A stretch of DNA of 64,000 nucleotides, taken from assembly GCA_037481835.1 (NCBI GenBank), contig JBBFKW010000006.1, positions 1 through 64,000 of the forward strand. Direction: 5' to 3'. Every line of letters begins with the position of its first letter. Position 1 is the first letter of the stretch. A model generated the notes under the pieces. The model saw only the letters and a program-made list of their open reading frames with translations, was not told where the DNA came from and made no database searches. The translations under genes and the position numbers were made by a program. This DNA comes from Desulfosoma sp. (GTDB lineage Bacteria > Desulfobacterota > Syntrophobacteria > Syntrophobacterales > DSM-9756). Below are positions 10,107 through 18,939 of the stretch, piece after piece.

Positions 10107-11398
10107 ATGGGGACAGCCTTCTCAATGCAGCACGCCCACCGGTCTTCTGTCCGGGATGTTCCCACGAAAGGGTGGTGCACGCCCTGGATAAGACCCTGCG
10201 GCGCATGGGGATCAAGGGGGAACAAATTGTTCTTGTTTCCGACATCGGATGTTCCGGGTTGTTCGACACCTTTTTCAATACCCATGCCCTCCACGGCCTT
10301 CACGGCAGGGCCCTGACCTATGCCACGGGCATCAAAATGGCCCGTCCGGACCTCCATGTCATCGTCACCATGGGGGACGGCGGACTGGGCATCGGCGCGG
10401 CGCATGTGCTCAGTACATGCCGACGCAATATCGACCTCACTCTTCTCGTACTCAACAATTTCAACTACGGAATGACCGGCGGCCAATGTTCGTCCACCAC
10501 ACCCATGGAGGCCCGGGTATCGTCCGGCTTTCTCAACCGTTTGGAGAAGCCGCTGGACGTCTGCCAAATGTTTGGAACAGCCGGTGCCGCCTGGGTTGAC
10601 CGCACGAGCGTCTATGACGAGGACCTTGTGGACAAGATGGAAGAAGCCGTGAGGTTTACGGGTTTTTCCATTTTGGACATTTGGGGCCTTTGTCCAGGCC
10701 GTTATGTGAAAACTAACAAGGTCACTCCATCGACCCTGCGGGAAGAAATGAAACAGCTGCCTTCTTGGAAGCACTTTTCCCAACTGAACCGGCGGCCTGA
10801 ATACGCAAGCCATTACCGCGAAGAGGCCTCACGCTGTTCCCAGCCCCAGGAACCCTTGAGAGTGGAACGGATCTGCGATCCTCCGGAAATGAAACGTCAG
10901 GAAATTGTTCTCCTCGGCGCCGCCGGACAGCGCATTCTCACGGCAGGGGAACTTCTTTGCCTCGCCGGGATGACGGCGGGCATGCATGCCACCCAAAAGA
11001 ACGACTATCCCATTACGGTCATGAGAGGCCATTCCATCACGGAAGTCATCCTCAATCCGGAACCTGTTGATTTTACAGGAATCGAATCGCCCGATGTGGT
11101 CATCGCCCTGGCCGAAGACGGGGTGAAACGGTGGCGGTCGGCCTTCTCGCGCCTTTCCGACCGATGTCTCGTTCTGAGAACGAAAGGGCTCGCCATCCCT
11201 GAGACCGCAGCTACCCCAGTGGATCTTGATTTCCGGGAACGAAAGTTGAAATCGGGAGACTGGGCGCTGGCCTCCCTGGCTTGGCTCGCCTCGAAGGGTG
11301 TGGTGATTACCCGTCCCATGTTGCACAAGGCCCTCGAGCTGAGATTTTCAGGAAGCGCTTTGGAAGACGCCATGAAGATCCTGGATGCGTGGGAATAA
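10103..11398 (+). CDS. 2-oxoacid:ferredoxin oxidoreductase fused beta (TPP-binding) and gamma subunit
   Basis: FCPGC, DIGCSG, HGR, GDG...NN and YGMTGGQCS, followed by gamma-like GAAGQRILTAG...MRGHS; ATGA overlap with the alpha gene. Confidence 0.85.
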   Translation: MNGDSLLNAARPPVFCPGCSHERVVHALDKTLRRMGIKGEQIVLVSDIGCSGLFDTFFNTHALHGLHGRALTYATGIKMARPDLHVIVTMGDGGLGIGAAHVLSTCRRNIDLTLLVLNNFNYGMTGGQCSSTTPMEARVSSGFLNRLEKPLDVCQMFGTAGAAWVDRTSVYDEDLVDKMEEAVRFTGFSILDIWGLCPGRYVKTNKVTPSTLREEMKQLPSWKHFSQLNRRPEYASHYREEASRCSQPQEPLRVERICDPPEMKRQEIVLLGAAGQRILTAGELLCLAGMTAGMHATQKNDYPITVMRGHSITEVILNPEPVDFTGIESPDVVIALAEDGVKRWRSAFSRLSDRCLVLRTKGLAIPETAATPVDLDFRERKLKSGDWALASLAWLASKGVVITRPMLHKALELRFSGSALEDAMKILDAWE

Positions 11399-11422
11399 CT
11401 TTTCAGGAAGCGGGAGGAGGCC

Positions 11423-12385
11423 ATGCGGATCCGGTTGTTGACCGGGGAAGATCTGGAAAAGGTCCTGCCCATGGATCTGGCGGTTCGGGCCATGGCGGAA
11501 GCTTTCTCGCAGTTTTCCGCCGGGGAGGCCGACGTCCCTTTGCGAACCCGGCTCGAGACCCCCAAGGGCGAAACCCTGTTCATGCCCGCCTACCTCAGGC
11601 GGACCGGGGACCTTGCCGCAAAGATTGTCTCCGTCTTTCCCGGCAACATGGCCCTCGGGCTTCCCACCGTTCCCGGCATGGTCATAAGCCTGGACGCACA
11701 CACGGGGTTGCCATTGGCCATCATGGACGGGCATGCCCTCACCGCTCTTCGCACGGGAGCTGCGGGAGGCCTGGCGGCTCAGCTGCTGTCCCGGGAAGAG
11801 GCGGCCCATGCGGTGGTCTTTGGAGCCGGCACCCAAGGGTGGGCCCAAATCCGAGGCGTCCTCGCCGTTCGTAAGATCCGGCGGGTCTGGATTGTGGATC
11901 CCGCGGAGGAAAACCGAAAAAGGCTGGCCGATCGACTCAGGTGCTTGGGAAAAGGGCTCGAAGTGCTCGAAACGGACAGGGGAGACGATGCCGTGGAAAG
12001 GGCGGATATCATTATCACAGCTACCCCATCTCCGACGCCGGTCTTTGACGGCACCAGGGTTCGGCCGGGGACGCACATCAACGCCATCGGCTCCTACCGT
12101 CCGGATATGTGCGAACTGGACGCACACATCGTCCGAAAAGCCAAAGTCTTTGTCGATTCCCGAAGGGCCTGTATGGCCGAGGCGGGAGACATCATCCAAT
12201 CGGGGGCTAAGATTCTGGCCGAAATCGGAGAGGTCATCAACGGCGCCAAACCCGGTAGAACATCGCCTGATGAGATCACGGTCTTCAAGACGGTGGGGAT
12301 CGCCGCCCAGGACGCCGCAGCCGCCTCGGCGGCACTGAAACGGGCGGAAGAAAAAAACCTCGGAACCTTGATCTCCCTCGGCTGA
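11423..12385 (+). CDS. Ornithine cyclodeaminase / mu-crystallin family protein
   Basis: [37 protein letters not shown] and [10 protein letters not shown] motifs. Confidence 0.9.
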   Translation: MRIRLLTGEDLEKVLPMDLAVRAMAEAFSQFSAGEADVPLRTRLETPKGETLFMPAYLRRTGDLAAKIVSVFPGNMALGLPTVPGMVISLDAHTGLPLAIMDGHALTALRTGAAGGLAAQLLSREEAAHAVVFGAGTQGWAQIRGVLAVRKIRRVWIVDPAEENRKRLADRLRCLGKGLEVLETDRGDDAVERADIIITATPSPTPVFDGTRVRPGTHINAIGSYRPDMCELDAHIVRKAKVFVDSRRACMAEAGDIIQSGAKILAEIGEVINGAKPGRTSPDEITVFKTVGIAAQDAAAASAALKRAEEKNLGTLISLG

Positions 12386-12872
12386 TTTCCGTGGGTTTCC
12401 AAAGGGCCGGCTTGAATGGCCGTAGTCTCTTTACCCCCATGCTTCGATCACGGTCCGTGCACGGCGGATGCCAAATCCCATAGGACTTCCCCCCATGGGG
12501 GCCAGCCTGGAGCCGTCGGGGAGGCCTTTTCATGGGCCATCCGCCGTGCCCACGTACCTATAAAAGCTCTGAAACCGATCGATGATACCGGCTCTCTCTT
12601 TTCGGGAGACCGCTTCCCCCCTGCGACCCTGCCCAGGCGCCTTGCCCCGGCCCTTGGAGCTCGCCAATCTTCAAGCCGGCCGGCGTCTCTTTTCCGCCCT
12701 TTTGAAAAGGCTTGGTGCTCCGGGAAAAACAGCCCCCATGAAAGCCGCATGGGCCGGCTTCGGCCCGGCCCCGGTCTCGAGGGGGACTGCCTGGGGAGTG
12801 CCGCCTTTGGAGTCCGTCCGTCCATTTTGTTGGGTTTCTAAACAGCGCCGCCCCAGCGCGCTTGCGACTTTT

Positions 12873-12965
12873 GTTGGGGTTGGCTTCGATCACCTCCAAC
12901 CTACATCTCGCCGACCCACGTCCTTGAGCAAATTCGTAGGTTGGGGTGAGCGCAGCGAACCCCAA
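12873..12965. repeat. REP doublet (two inverted GTAG-family palindromic repeats)
   Basis: Degenerate minus copy at 12873-12904 and plus copy GTAGGTTGGGGTGAGCGCAGCGAACCCCAA at 12936-12965. Confidence 0.8.
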
Positions 12966-13072
12966 GGTGCATCAGGTGCCGGCGAGACAACGAACCATGA
13001 AAGTCCGGCCTTCTGGGACTTCGAGCCGCAGCGGCGCATTTTTCACGTTTTTGTTGAACAACGGAATTCTTG

Positions 13073-13099
13073 TGGTATGCTAGAAAAGTATCCATACCA
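13073..13099 (+). promoter_or_regulatory. Putative gntR promoter -10 and autoregulatory operator
   Basis: TGGTATG-N13-CATACCA inverted repeat overlapping an extended -10 (TGnTATGCT); TTGAAC at 13054. Confidence 0.4.
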
Positions 13100-13114
13100 A
13101 AGAGTGGAGAGATC

Positions 13115-13786
13115 ATGACCTCGAATGTCTATCAAATCATCAAGGAACGGATCCTGTTTCTCGAATACAAACCGCCCCAGATTCTCAACGAGAAGATGCT
13201 GGCTGAGGAGTTCGGAGTCAGCCGCACGCCGGTAAGAGAAGCCCTGAAACGGCTAGAGTTGGAGCAGCTGGTGCGGGTGCTTCCCAGGTCCGGCGCCATG
13301 GTGACGGAGATTGAATTCGAGAAAATGATGTATACTTATCAAGTGCGATTCAAGATTGAAGAGTTGGTCGGCGACCTGGCAGGGGAACATATGACCCCTG
13401 AACTGATCGGCGGTTTTGAGGAACTCAAAAAACAATGCTTGGAATTAATGGAAGTCAAGAATCGGCGAAAACTCGTTGATATTGATATGCGTTTCCGCAG
13501 CATGCTTTTTAAAGCGGCAAGAAACCCCATACTCCGTATGATTTCCGATTACCTGTATCATCTCACTCTGCGTCTTTGGTACATCACTCTCGATATCGGA
13601 AAATGGTCTGAAGAAGTGCAGGCCATGTACGATGAGATCGACACGACGCAGAAAATTTGCCGTGACGAAGGAGGCCGGGGACTGGGGGCGAAACGTCAGG
13701 AAATTCTCATGTGGCATTTGGAGCGCATAAGAGATAAGTATCTGGGAATGTCCGCACCATACACGGCATCAAGAGAGGGTTCGTAG
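13115..13786 (+). CDS. GntR family transcriptional regulator (FCD-type C-terminal domain)
   Basis: N-terminal wHTH LNEKMLAEEFGVSRTPVREAL; helical C-terminal domain. Confidence 0.9.
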   Translation: MTSNVYQIIKERILFLEYKPPQILNEKMLAEEFGVSRTPVREALKRLELEQLVRVLPRSGAMVTEIEFEKMMYTYQVRFKIEELVGDLAGEHMTPELIGGFEELKKQCLELMEVKNRRKLVDIDMRFRSMLFKAARNPILRMISDYLYHLTLRLWYITLDIGKWSEEVQAMYDEIDTTQKICRDEGGRGLGAKRQEILMWHLERIRDKYLGMSAPYTASREGS

Positions 13787-13901
13787 GCAGACGGCGACGG
13801 TCTCAAAAGCAACTTTCAATGGATCGGATTCGGCCATAGAGCTTCTCGGCGACCTTAGCTGGACGCCAACTTTTCCACCCACTCTCCCCTATCGGAGGGA
13901 T

Positions 13902-13977
13902 TGGCGGGCGACCCGGGGATCGAACCCGGGACCTTTGGTTCCGGAGACCAACGCTCTCTCCACTGAGCTAGTCGCCC
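13902..13977 (-). tRNA. tRNA-Arg (anticodon CCG)
   Basis: Reverse complement GGGCGACTAGCTCAGTGGAGAGAGCG TTGGT-CT-CCG-GA-ACCAA ...GGTTCGATCC...GTCGCCCGCCA; 76 nt cloverleaf with encoded CCA. Confidence 0.97.
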
Positions 13978-14169
13978 GTGCCGTGAAGGTGGAAACGATG
14001 GCGTCTTCTATCACACGGGTGCCGCTCTGTCAACGTCGTGGCTCCCGCCCGTCCGCGACGTCACGTTCAATGGTGGGCCTGTCCCACAAACTTGGGCGTG
14101 TGTCGGGCGCTGCTTGGGCGACAACGCCGAGGTGAGCCTCTTCCCTTGTCGGAAATGACGGAAACGGTG

Positions 14170-14601
14170 TCAGCTCCCTTTGTCCTCTTCGGAAGACATC
14201 CAACTTTCCAGTTCTTCGAGAACACAGTGGACCAGTGCCGCGGCTTCCCACAAACACCCAAGAATGGAGCTCAACGCACTTTCCGTCATGCCGCCTTCTT
14301 CATCGGCGACGGTTTCCACCATGCAGCGGGCGTCGTTCACATAGCCCATGGCGGGCTGCAGCATTTCCTCGAAGTCCACGATCTTTTCGGTATATATCCG
14401 GCACTTGTTGATTTCGTACCAGGCCTCGGCCAGGTCCTCCATGAGTTTCACCGCTGAGAGGGTGCGCCGGCAGACTTCCTCTTGCGTCCGCTCGATGAGC
14501 CTCAGCGCCCCGTAAAGGTGTTCGACGGCCTTTGTGAGTTCTTGGGCCCCGAGGGTGACCGGCTGCATCGGCAGCGGCGTGTAGAGAGACACATTGTCCA
14601 T
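14170..14601 (-). CDS. Hypothetical protein (acidic, helical, ~143 aa)
   Basis: AAAGGAGG RBS before ATG at 14601; protein-like composition; no motif recognised. Confidence 0.65.
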   Translation of the reverse strand: MDNVSLYTPLPMQPVTLGAQELTKAVEHLYGALRLIERTQEEVCRRTLSAVKLMEDLAEAWYEINKCRIYTEKIVDFEEMLQPAMGYVNDARCMVETVADEEGGMTESALSSILGCLWEAAALVHCVLEELESWMSSEEDKGS

Positions 14602-14873
14602 GGGTAGCCTCCTTTCAAGTCCGCCGGCCGCCATGAGGCCCGTTCGGTTTGTCGGGGCGTTCGATCGTTCCCTTTTCGCCAAGGTCCGGCAAAAATTCAA
14701 ACGGAAAGTGGCCCGTGTCCTGGCACCGCAATTTTCCAAAATGCTCGAGCCCCCCAAGGGCCGTTCTTTTTCTCAAGCGTTCGGCGGATCGTGACGATTA
14801 AGAGAATGATGCCGATGGGGCAGGGACGGGATCCTCAGGGTGCAGAGCAGCGCACAGGTACGGTATCCGCTGT

Positions 14874-15209
14874 ATGGGCTACATCTTGGAACAGACATCG
14901 CCCGTTGCGGCCGAGGCCAAAGGTCGTCAGTTCTTTTTTCTGACGTTCCAAGGGCGGCTTCGGCTGGATCGTTTTCGAGACATCGCCTTTGAAGCGGTCT
15001 ATGAACCGTTCGACGGCTGGAAAATCCACGGCGTTTCCGACCCGGAGGCCTTCCGGCACGCCGTCCCCGACGGCTACTTTCAGGCGTTCTGCCTGGATGT
15101 TTTGAAGGAATGCCACATGGACTGCATGGTCCAATGGCACCTGGAACCCAAAGACGGCAAGCTCCACATCCGTAAATTCCGGGCCCTCATTTCCCAAAGC
15201 GCCCAGTAA
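14874..15209 (+). CDS. Hypothetical protein (111 aa)
   Basis: Fills the gap between genes with plausible codon usage; no motif recognised. Confidence 0.55.
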   Translation: MGYILEQTSPVAAEAKGRQFFFLTFQGRLRLDRFRDIAFEAVYEPFDGWKIHGVSDPEAFRHAVPDGYFQAFCLDVLKECHMDCMVQWHLEPKDGKLHIRKFRALISQSAQ

Positions 15210-15293
15210 AGGCCCCCGGGACGGTCTTTCAGACTGGAACCCCGCCCGTGGAAGCTCAATGCTTTTTGGACTTTCCTTCCCGGCTTTCCCGAT

Positions 15294-16184
15294 TCACTTC
15301 ACCGGATTGGCGTAGCAGTACAGGCAGCGGTGCCGACATCGATGGGTGCGGTACGAGCCCACATCCTTGGACGCATGGCATCCGCACCCTTGGGATCGGC
15401 GCTGTCCCGTATCCGGGCGGTGGGAAAGGCCCAGAGGGCCGTAGACCGCCTCGATCCATCGGTGCGACAGGCACGCCGAGGCACCCAGCCCGGACACCAC
15501 TCCGCCGAGCGCCTCCAGAACGGATTTTTGGCAACACAAAGCCAAGCGGACGCCCAAAGGGGTCAGTTTTTCCAGCATCCAGGTGAGGATTTCTGCTTTT
15601 TCCCCATTCGTCGGATCCACGAAACGGCACCGACCCCGCGCTGTCGCTCTGCGGGCCACTTTTTCATAGATATGAGCAAAACTTGTGATGCATTCCCGGA
15701 TGCCCGCCTCGGCCACGGCATACCCGATGCGTTCCAGATCGTGCAGGTTGTGCTGGAGCCGTCCGTCCCCGGTTTGGTAAAAACAGATGGGATCAAACCG
15801 CCAGCGTATGGCTTCTGGAGGAACCAGCTCCGTCAGCCGCCCGATTTGGCGAAGCCTTTCTTGTAAAGGCGCAACATTGGGTTCCAGGAACGGGTTTTCG
15901 GAATTGATCGTGAAGTGAAAAAGGAGGCGATAACCCCGTCGAAGCAATTCCGGGCCGTATCGCCCGCTGAGGAACGGGCCGTAATCCTTCGACCAGAATA
16001 CAATGACGGGGGCCGCATGGGGATCCGCCGGGACCTGGACCGTGCGGCCGTTGAAAGGGTTGGGAACGAAAAAGGTCCCCGCCCGAACGCCGTCCATGAA
16101 CCGGTCCATGAAAAAGGCGGGAATATCCGTCCGCCGGGATGCGGACAAAACGATGGGACCCTGGGGTTCTAAGGACTCTGCCAT
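15294..16184 (-). CDS. DUF1848 family protein
   Basis: SASRRTDIPAF N-terminus, VFWSK, WRFDP, and C-terminal CGC..SKDVGSY..C.H.CLYCYAN; start uncertain. Confidence 0.85.
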   Translation of the reverse strand: MAESLEPQGPIVLSASRRTDIPAFFMDRFMDGVRAGTFFVPNPFNGRTVQVPADPHAAPVIVFWSKDYGPFLSGRYGPELLRRGYRLLFHFTINSENPFLEPNVAPLQERLRQIGRLTELVPPEAIRWRFDPICFYQTGDGRLQHNLHDLERIGYAVAEAGIRECITSFAHIYEKVARRATARGRCRFVDPTNGEKAEILTWMLEKLTPLGVRLALCCQKSVLEALGGVVSGLGASACLSHRWIEAVYGPLGLSHRPDTGQRRSQGCGCHASKDVGSYRTHRCRHRCLYCYANPVK

Positions 16185-16929
16185 GGACACGCCCTATCGC
16201 ATCGGCACCTCGGGATGGAACTACGCTCACTGGCGCGGCCGATTCTATCCCGAAAAACTCCCGACCTCAAAGTGGCTTGCCCACTACGCGACCCGCTTCG
16301 ACACGGTGGAATGCAACGCAACCTTTTATCGGTTGCCTTCGGAAAAAACGTTTTTAAACTGGAAAGCGTCCACCCCAGAAGGATTTCAGTGGGCCCTCAA
16401 GGCCTCACGCCTCATCACCCACTACCGGCGCCTGCGGGACGTTCGCGAGCCTCTGGAGCAATTCCTCTCCCAAGCCCGCCTTCTTGGCGAGAAACTGGGG
16501 CCTGTCCTTTTTCAGCTGCCGCCGAGCCTTCACTACGACGAAGCCCTTTTCCAAGACTTTGCCTCTCTCCTTGAGCCTTTTGGGCAGGTGGCCGTGGAGG
16601 TGCGCCACCGTTCCTGGATCGACGACCGCTTTTTCCAGCAGCTGCAAACCCATGGGGTTGCTTTTTGCGTTTCCAATACGGCCGGTCGATACCCCTTCCA
16701 CGAAGCCGTGACCGCGGATTTCGTCTACATCCGCCTTCACGGCTCCCAAAAGCTCTACGCCTCCAACTATTCGGAAGCCGAAATTCGGCGCTGGGCCGAA
16801 AAAATCGCCTCGTGGAAACGCCCCGCCTATGTCTATTTCGATAACGACTTCGAAGGCTACGCCGTCTTCAACGCCCTGCGCCTCAAGGAATGCCTCGGGG
16901 CCGGCCCCCTTCCAGACCTTTTGGCGTAA
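16183..16929 (+). CDS. DUF72 (YecE-like) family protein
   Basis: IGTSGW, VECNATFY, ITH, LFQLPP, EVRH, YIRLHG and YFDND motifs. Confidence 0.9.
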   Translation: MDTPYRIGTSGWNYAHWRGRFYPEKLPTSKWLAHYATRFDTVECNATFYRLPSEKTFLNWKASTPEGFQWALKASRLITHYRRLRDVREPLEQFLSQARLLGEKLGPVLFQLPPSLHYDEALFQDFASLLEPFGQVAVEVRHRSWIDDRFFQQLQTHGVAFCVSNTAGRYPFHEAVTADFVYIRLHGSQKLYASNYSEAEIRRWAEKIASWKRPAYVYFDNDFEGYAVFNALRLKECLGAGPLPDLLA

Positions 16930-17016
16930 AAAGAAATCTAGCGTTTCGATCCCCTTTTGTGTAAACGGTCGTAAAGCCTCCTTGGAGGCCGCATCGCCCA
17001 GTGATTGAGGAAGAAC

Positions 17017-18939
17017 ATGTTCACGCAGGATACGGAACGCGACTTACGCCTTCAGAAGGCCTACTTCGAGGCCATCTTCCAAAATTCCCCTGACGCCGTC
17101 GCCATCCTGGATGCCCAAGACCGCGTCCTCATGATCAACAAAGCGTTCACCGCGCTGTTTCAGTACACGGCAGAAGAGGCCCAGGGTGTCCTCATCAATG
17201 ATCTCGTGGCGCGGCACCACATGCGCCGTGAAGCCGAAAATCTTTCGGCGAAGGCCCTTCAAGGCGCTTCTTTCGAAGTGGAAACGGTTCGGGAACGCAA
17301 GGACGGCTCCCTGGTGGATGTGGCCATCGTGGCCGCTCCCATCCATATCGACGGCCGGATGGCCGCCATTTACGCCAGTTACAGGGACATCTCACGACGC
17401 AAGGCGGCGGAACGCGCCTTGCGCGAAATGGACGAAAAGTACCGGCTCATCGTGGACCATTCCAACGACGCCGTCTTCGTCGTCCAAGACGGCCGCATCC
17501 GCTTTTGGAATCCCCGATTCGTTCGACTGAGCGGCTACAGTGATGAAGAAATCCCCCAGATTTTTATCGGAGAGTTCATCCATCCCGAGGATCGCGACCG
17601 CGTCCTGGCCCTCCACAACGATCGCCTTGCGGGCAAAGCTGTGCCCAGCACCTACAATTTTCGAGCGTTAACCAAAGACGGCCGCATTATTTGGATCAAC
17701 ATCAACGCCATCGTGGTCCAATGGGACGGGAAACCGGCGACCATCAATTTCGCAAGGGATTTCACCCGGGAAAAGGAACTGGAAGCCCAACTCGCCCATG
17801 CCCAGAAAATGGAAGCCGTCGGGACGCTGGCAGGAGGGATCGCCCACGATTTCAACAACCTTCTTCAAACCATCCAAGGCTACGCCGAACTCCTTGCGAA
17901 CCAACCCGACCGCCATGAAAACGACCGAAGGCGCCTCCAAAAGATTTTCGACGGCGTCCAGCGCGGCCGAGAACTCACCCGAAATCTCCTCACCTTCAGC
18001 CGCAAGATGGAGCCGCACCTGCAGCCGACGGATCTCAATGGAGAACTCTTGAAGATCAAAGACATCCTTTCCCGCACCCTGCCCAAGATGATTCACGTGG
18101 TTTTGGATCCGGCCCCCGATCTTCCCTTGATCCATGCGGACCCTTCTCAGGTCGCCCAGGCCGTGATGAATCTTGCCGTCAATGCCAAGGACGCCATGCC
18201 CGAAGGCGGAACCCTGACCCTGAAGACATCCCGCGTCGTCCTTCCCGAAGGGCACCCTTCCGGGCTCAAACCCGGCCCCTATGTGTGCCTGAGCGTCGAA
18301 GACACGGGCTCGGGCATCCCCGAAGCCGTGCGCGATCGCATCTTCGAGCCGTTCTTCACCACCAAGAAGCCCGGGGCGGGAACGGGGCTCGGCCTTTCCA
18401 TGGTCTATGGGATCATGGCCACCCATGAAGGGGCCGTCACGTGCCAGAGCCACATCCGCCAGGGAACCCGGTTCGATTGCTTTTTCCCCGCCCTGGCCGA
18501 ACCGGCTTCGCTCAAGCACGAGGCTCCATCGCCGGAGCGTTGCTTGCCCAAGCCCGGCAAAGGCACGGTGCTTCTCGTGGACGACGAGGAAAACTTAAGA
18601 ATTTCCGGTCGGGAAATGCTGGAATTCTTCGGCTATACGGTCCTGACCGCCGCCGACGGCGAAGAGGCCGTCTCCATTTACTCCCAGGAATGGCCCCACA
18701 TCGACGTCGTCCTGCTGGACCTCATCATGCCGGGCATGGGCGGGCGGAAGTGCCTGGAAAAGCTCCTCGCCGTACGCCCCGACGCCAAGATCATCGTGGC
18801 CAGCGGTTTTTCCGCCAACGATTCCATTCAGGACATCCTCATCGCCGGGGCGTTCGACTTCCTCGCCAAGCCCTATTCTGTGGAGATGCTTTTGGAAAAA
18901 ATGGAAAAGGCCTTGGCCGACCGACCTAGTGGCCCATGA
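17017..18939 (+). CDS. Hybrid sensor histidine kinase (2 PAS, HisKA, HATPase, receiver)
   Basis: H-box [17 protein letters not shown] and GTGLGL; receiver LLVDDE...LLDLIMP...KP. Confidence 0.92.
   Translation: MFTQDTERDLRLQKAYFEAIFQNSPDAVAILDAQDRVLMINKAFTALFQYTAEEAQGVLINDLVARHHMRREAENLSAKALQGASFEVETVRERKDGSLVDVAIVAAPIHIDGRMAAIYASYRDISRRKAAERALREMDEKYRLIVDHSNDAVFVVQDGRIRFWNPRFVRLSGYSDEEIPQIFIGEFIHPEDRDRVLALHNDRLAGKAVPSTYNFRALTKDGRIIWININAIVVQWDGKPATINFARDFTREKELEAQLAHAQKMEAVGTLAGGIAHDFNNLLQTIQGYAELLANQPDRHENDRRRLQKIFDGVQRGRELTRNLLTFSRKMEPHLQPTDLNGELLKIKDILSRTLPKMIHVVLDPAPDLPLIHADPSQVAQAVMNLAVNAKDAMPEGGTLTLKTSRVVLPEGHPSGLKPGPYVCLSVEDTGSGIPEAVRDRIFEPFFTTKKPGAGTGLGLSMVYGIMATHEGAVTCQSHIRQGTRFDCFFPALAEPASLKHEAPSPERCLPKPGKGTVLLVDDEENLRISGREMLEFFGYTVLTAADGEEAVSIYSQEWPHIDVVLLDLIMPGMGGRKCLEKLLAVRPDAKIIVASGFSANDSIQDILIAGAFDFLAKPYSVEMLLEKMEKALADRPSGP

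Noticed and set aside
13805..13874. Minus-strand peptide WRPAKVAEKLYGRIRSIESCF, resembling an IS4-like YREK motif
   Set aside because: Too short and the key Arg is misplaced; cannot be distinguished from chance.
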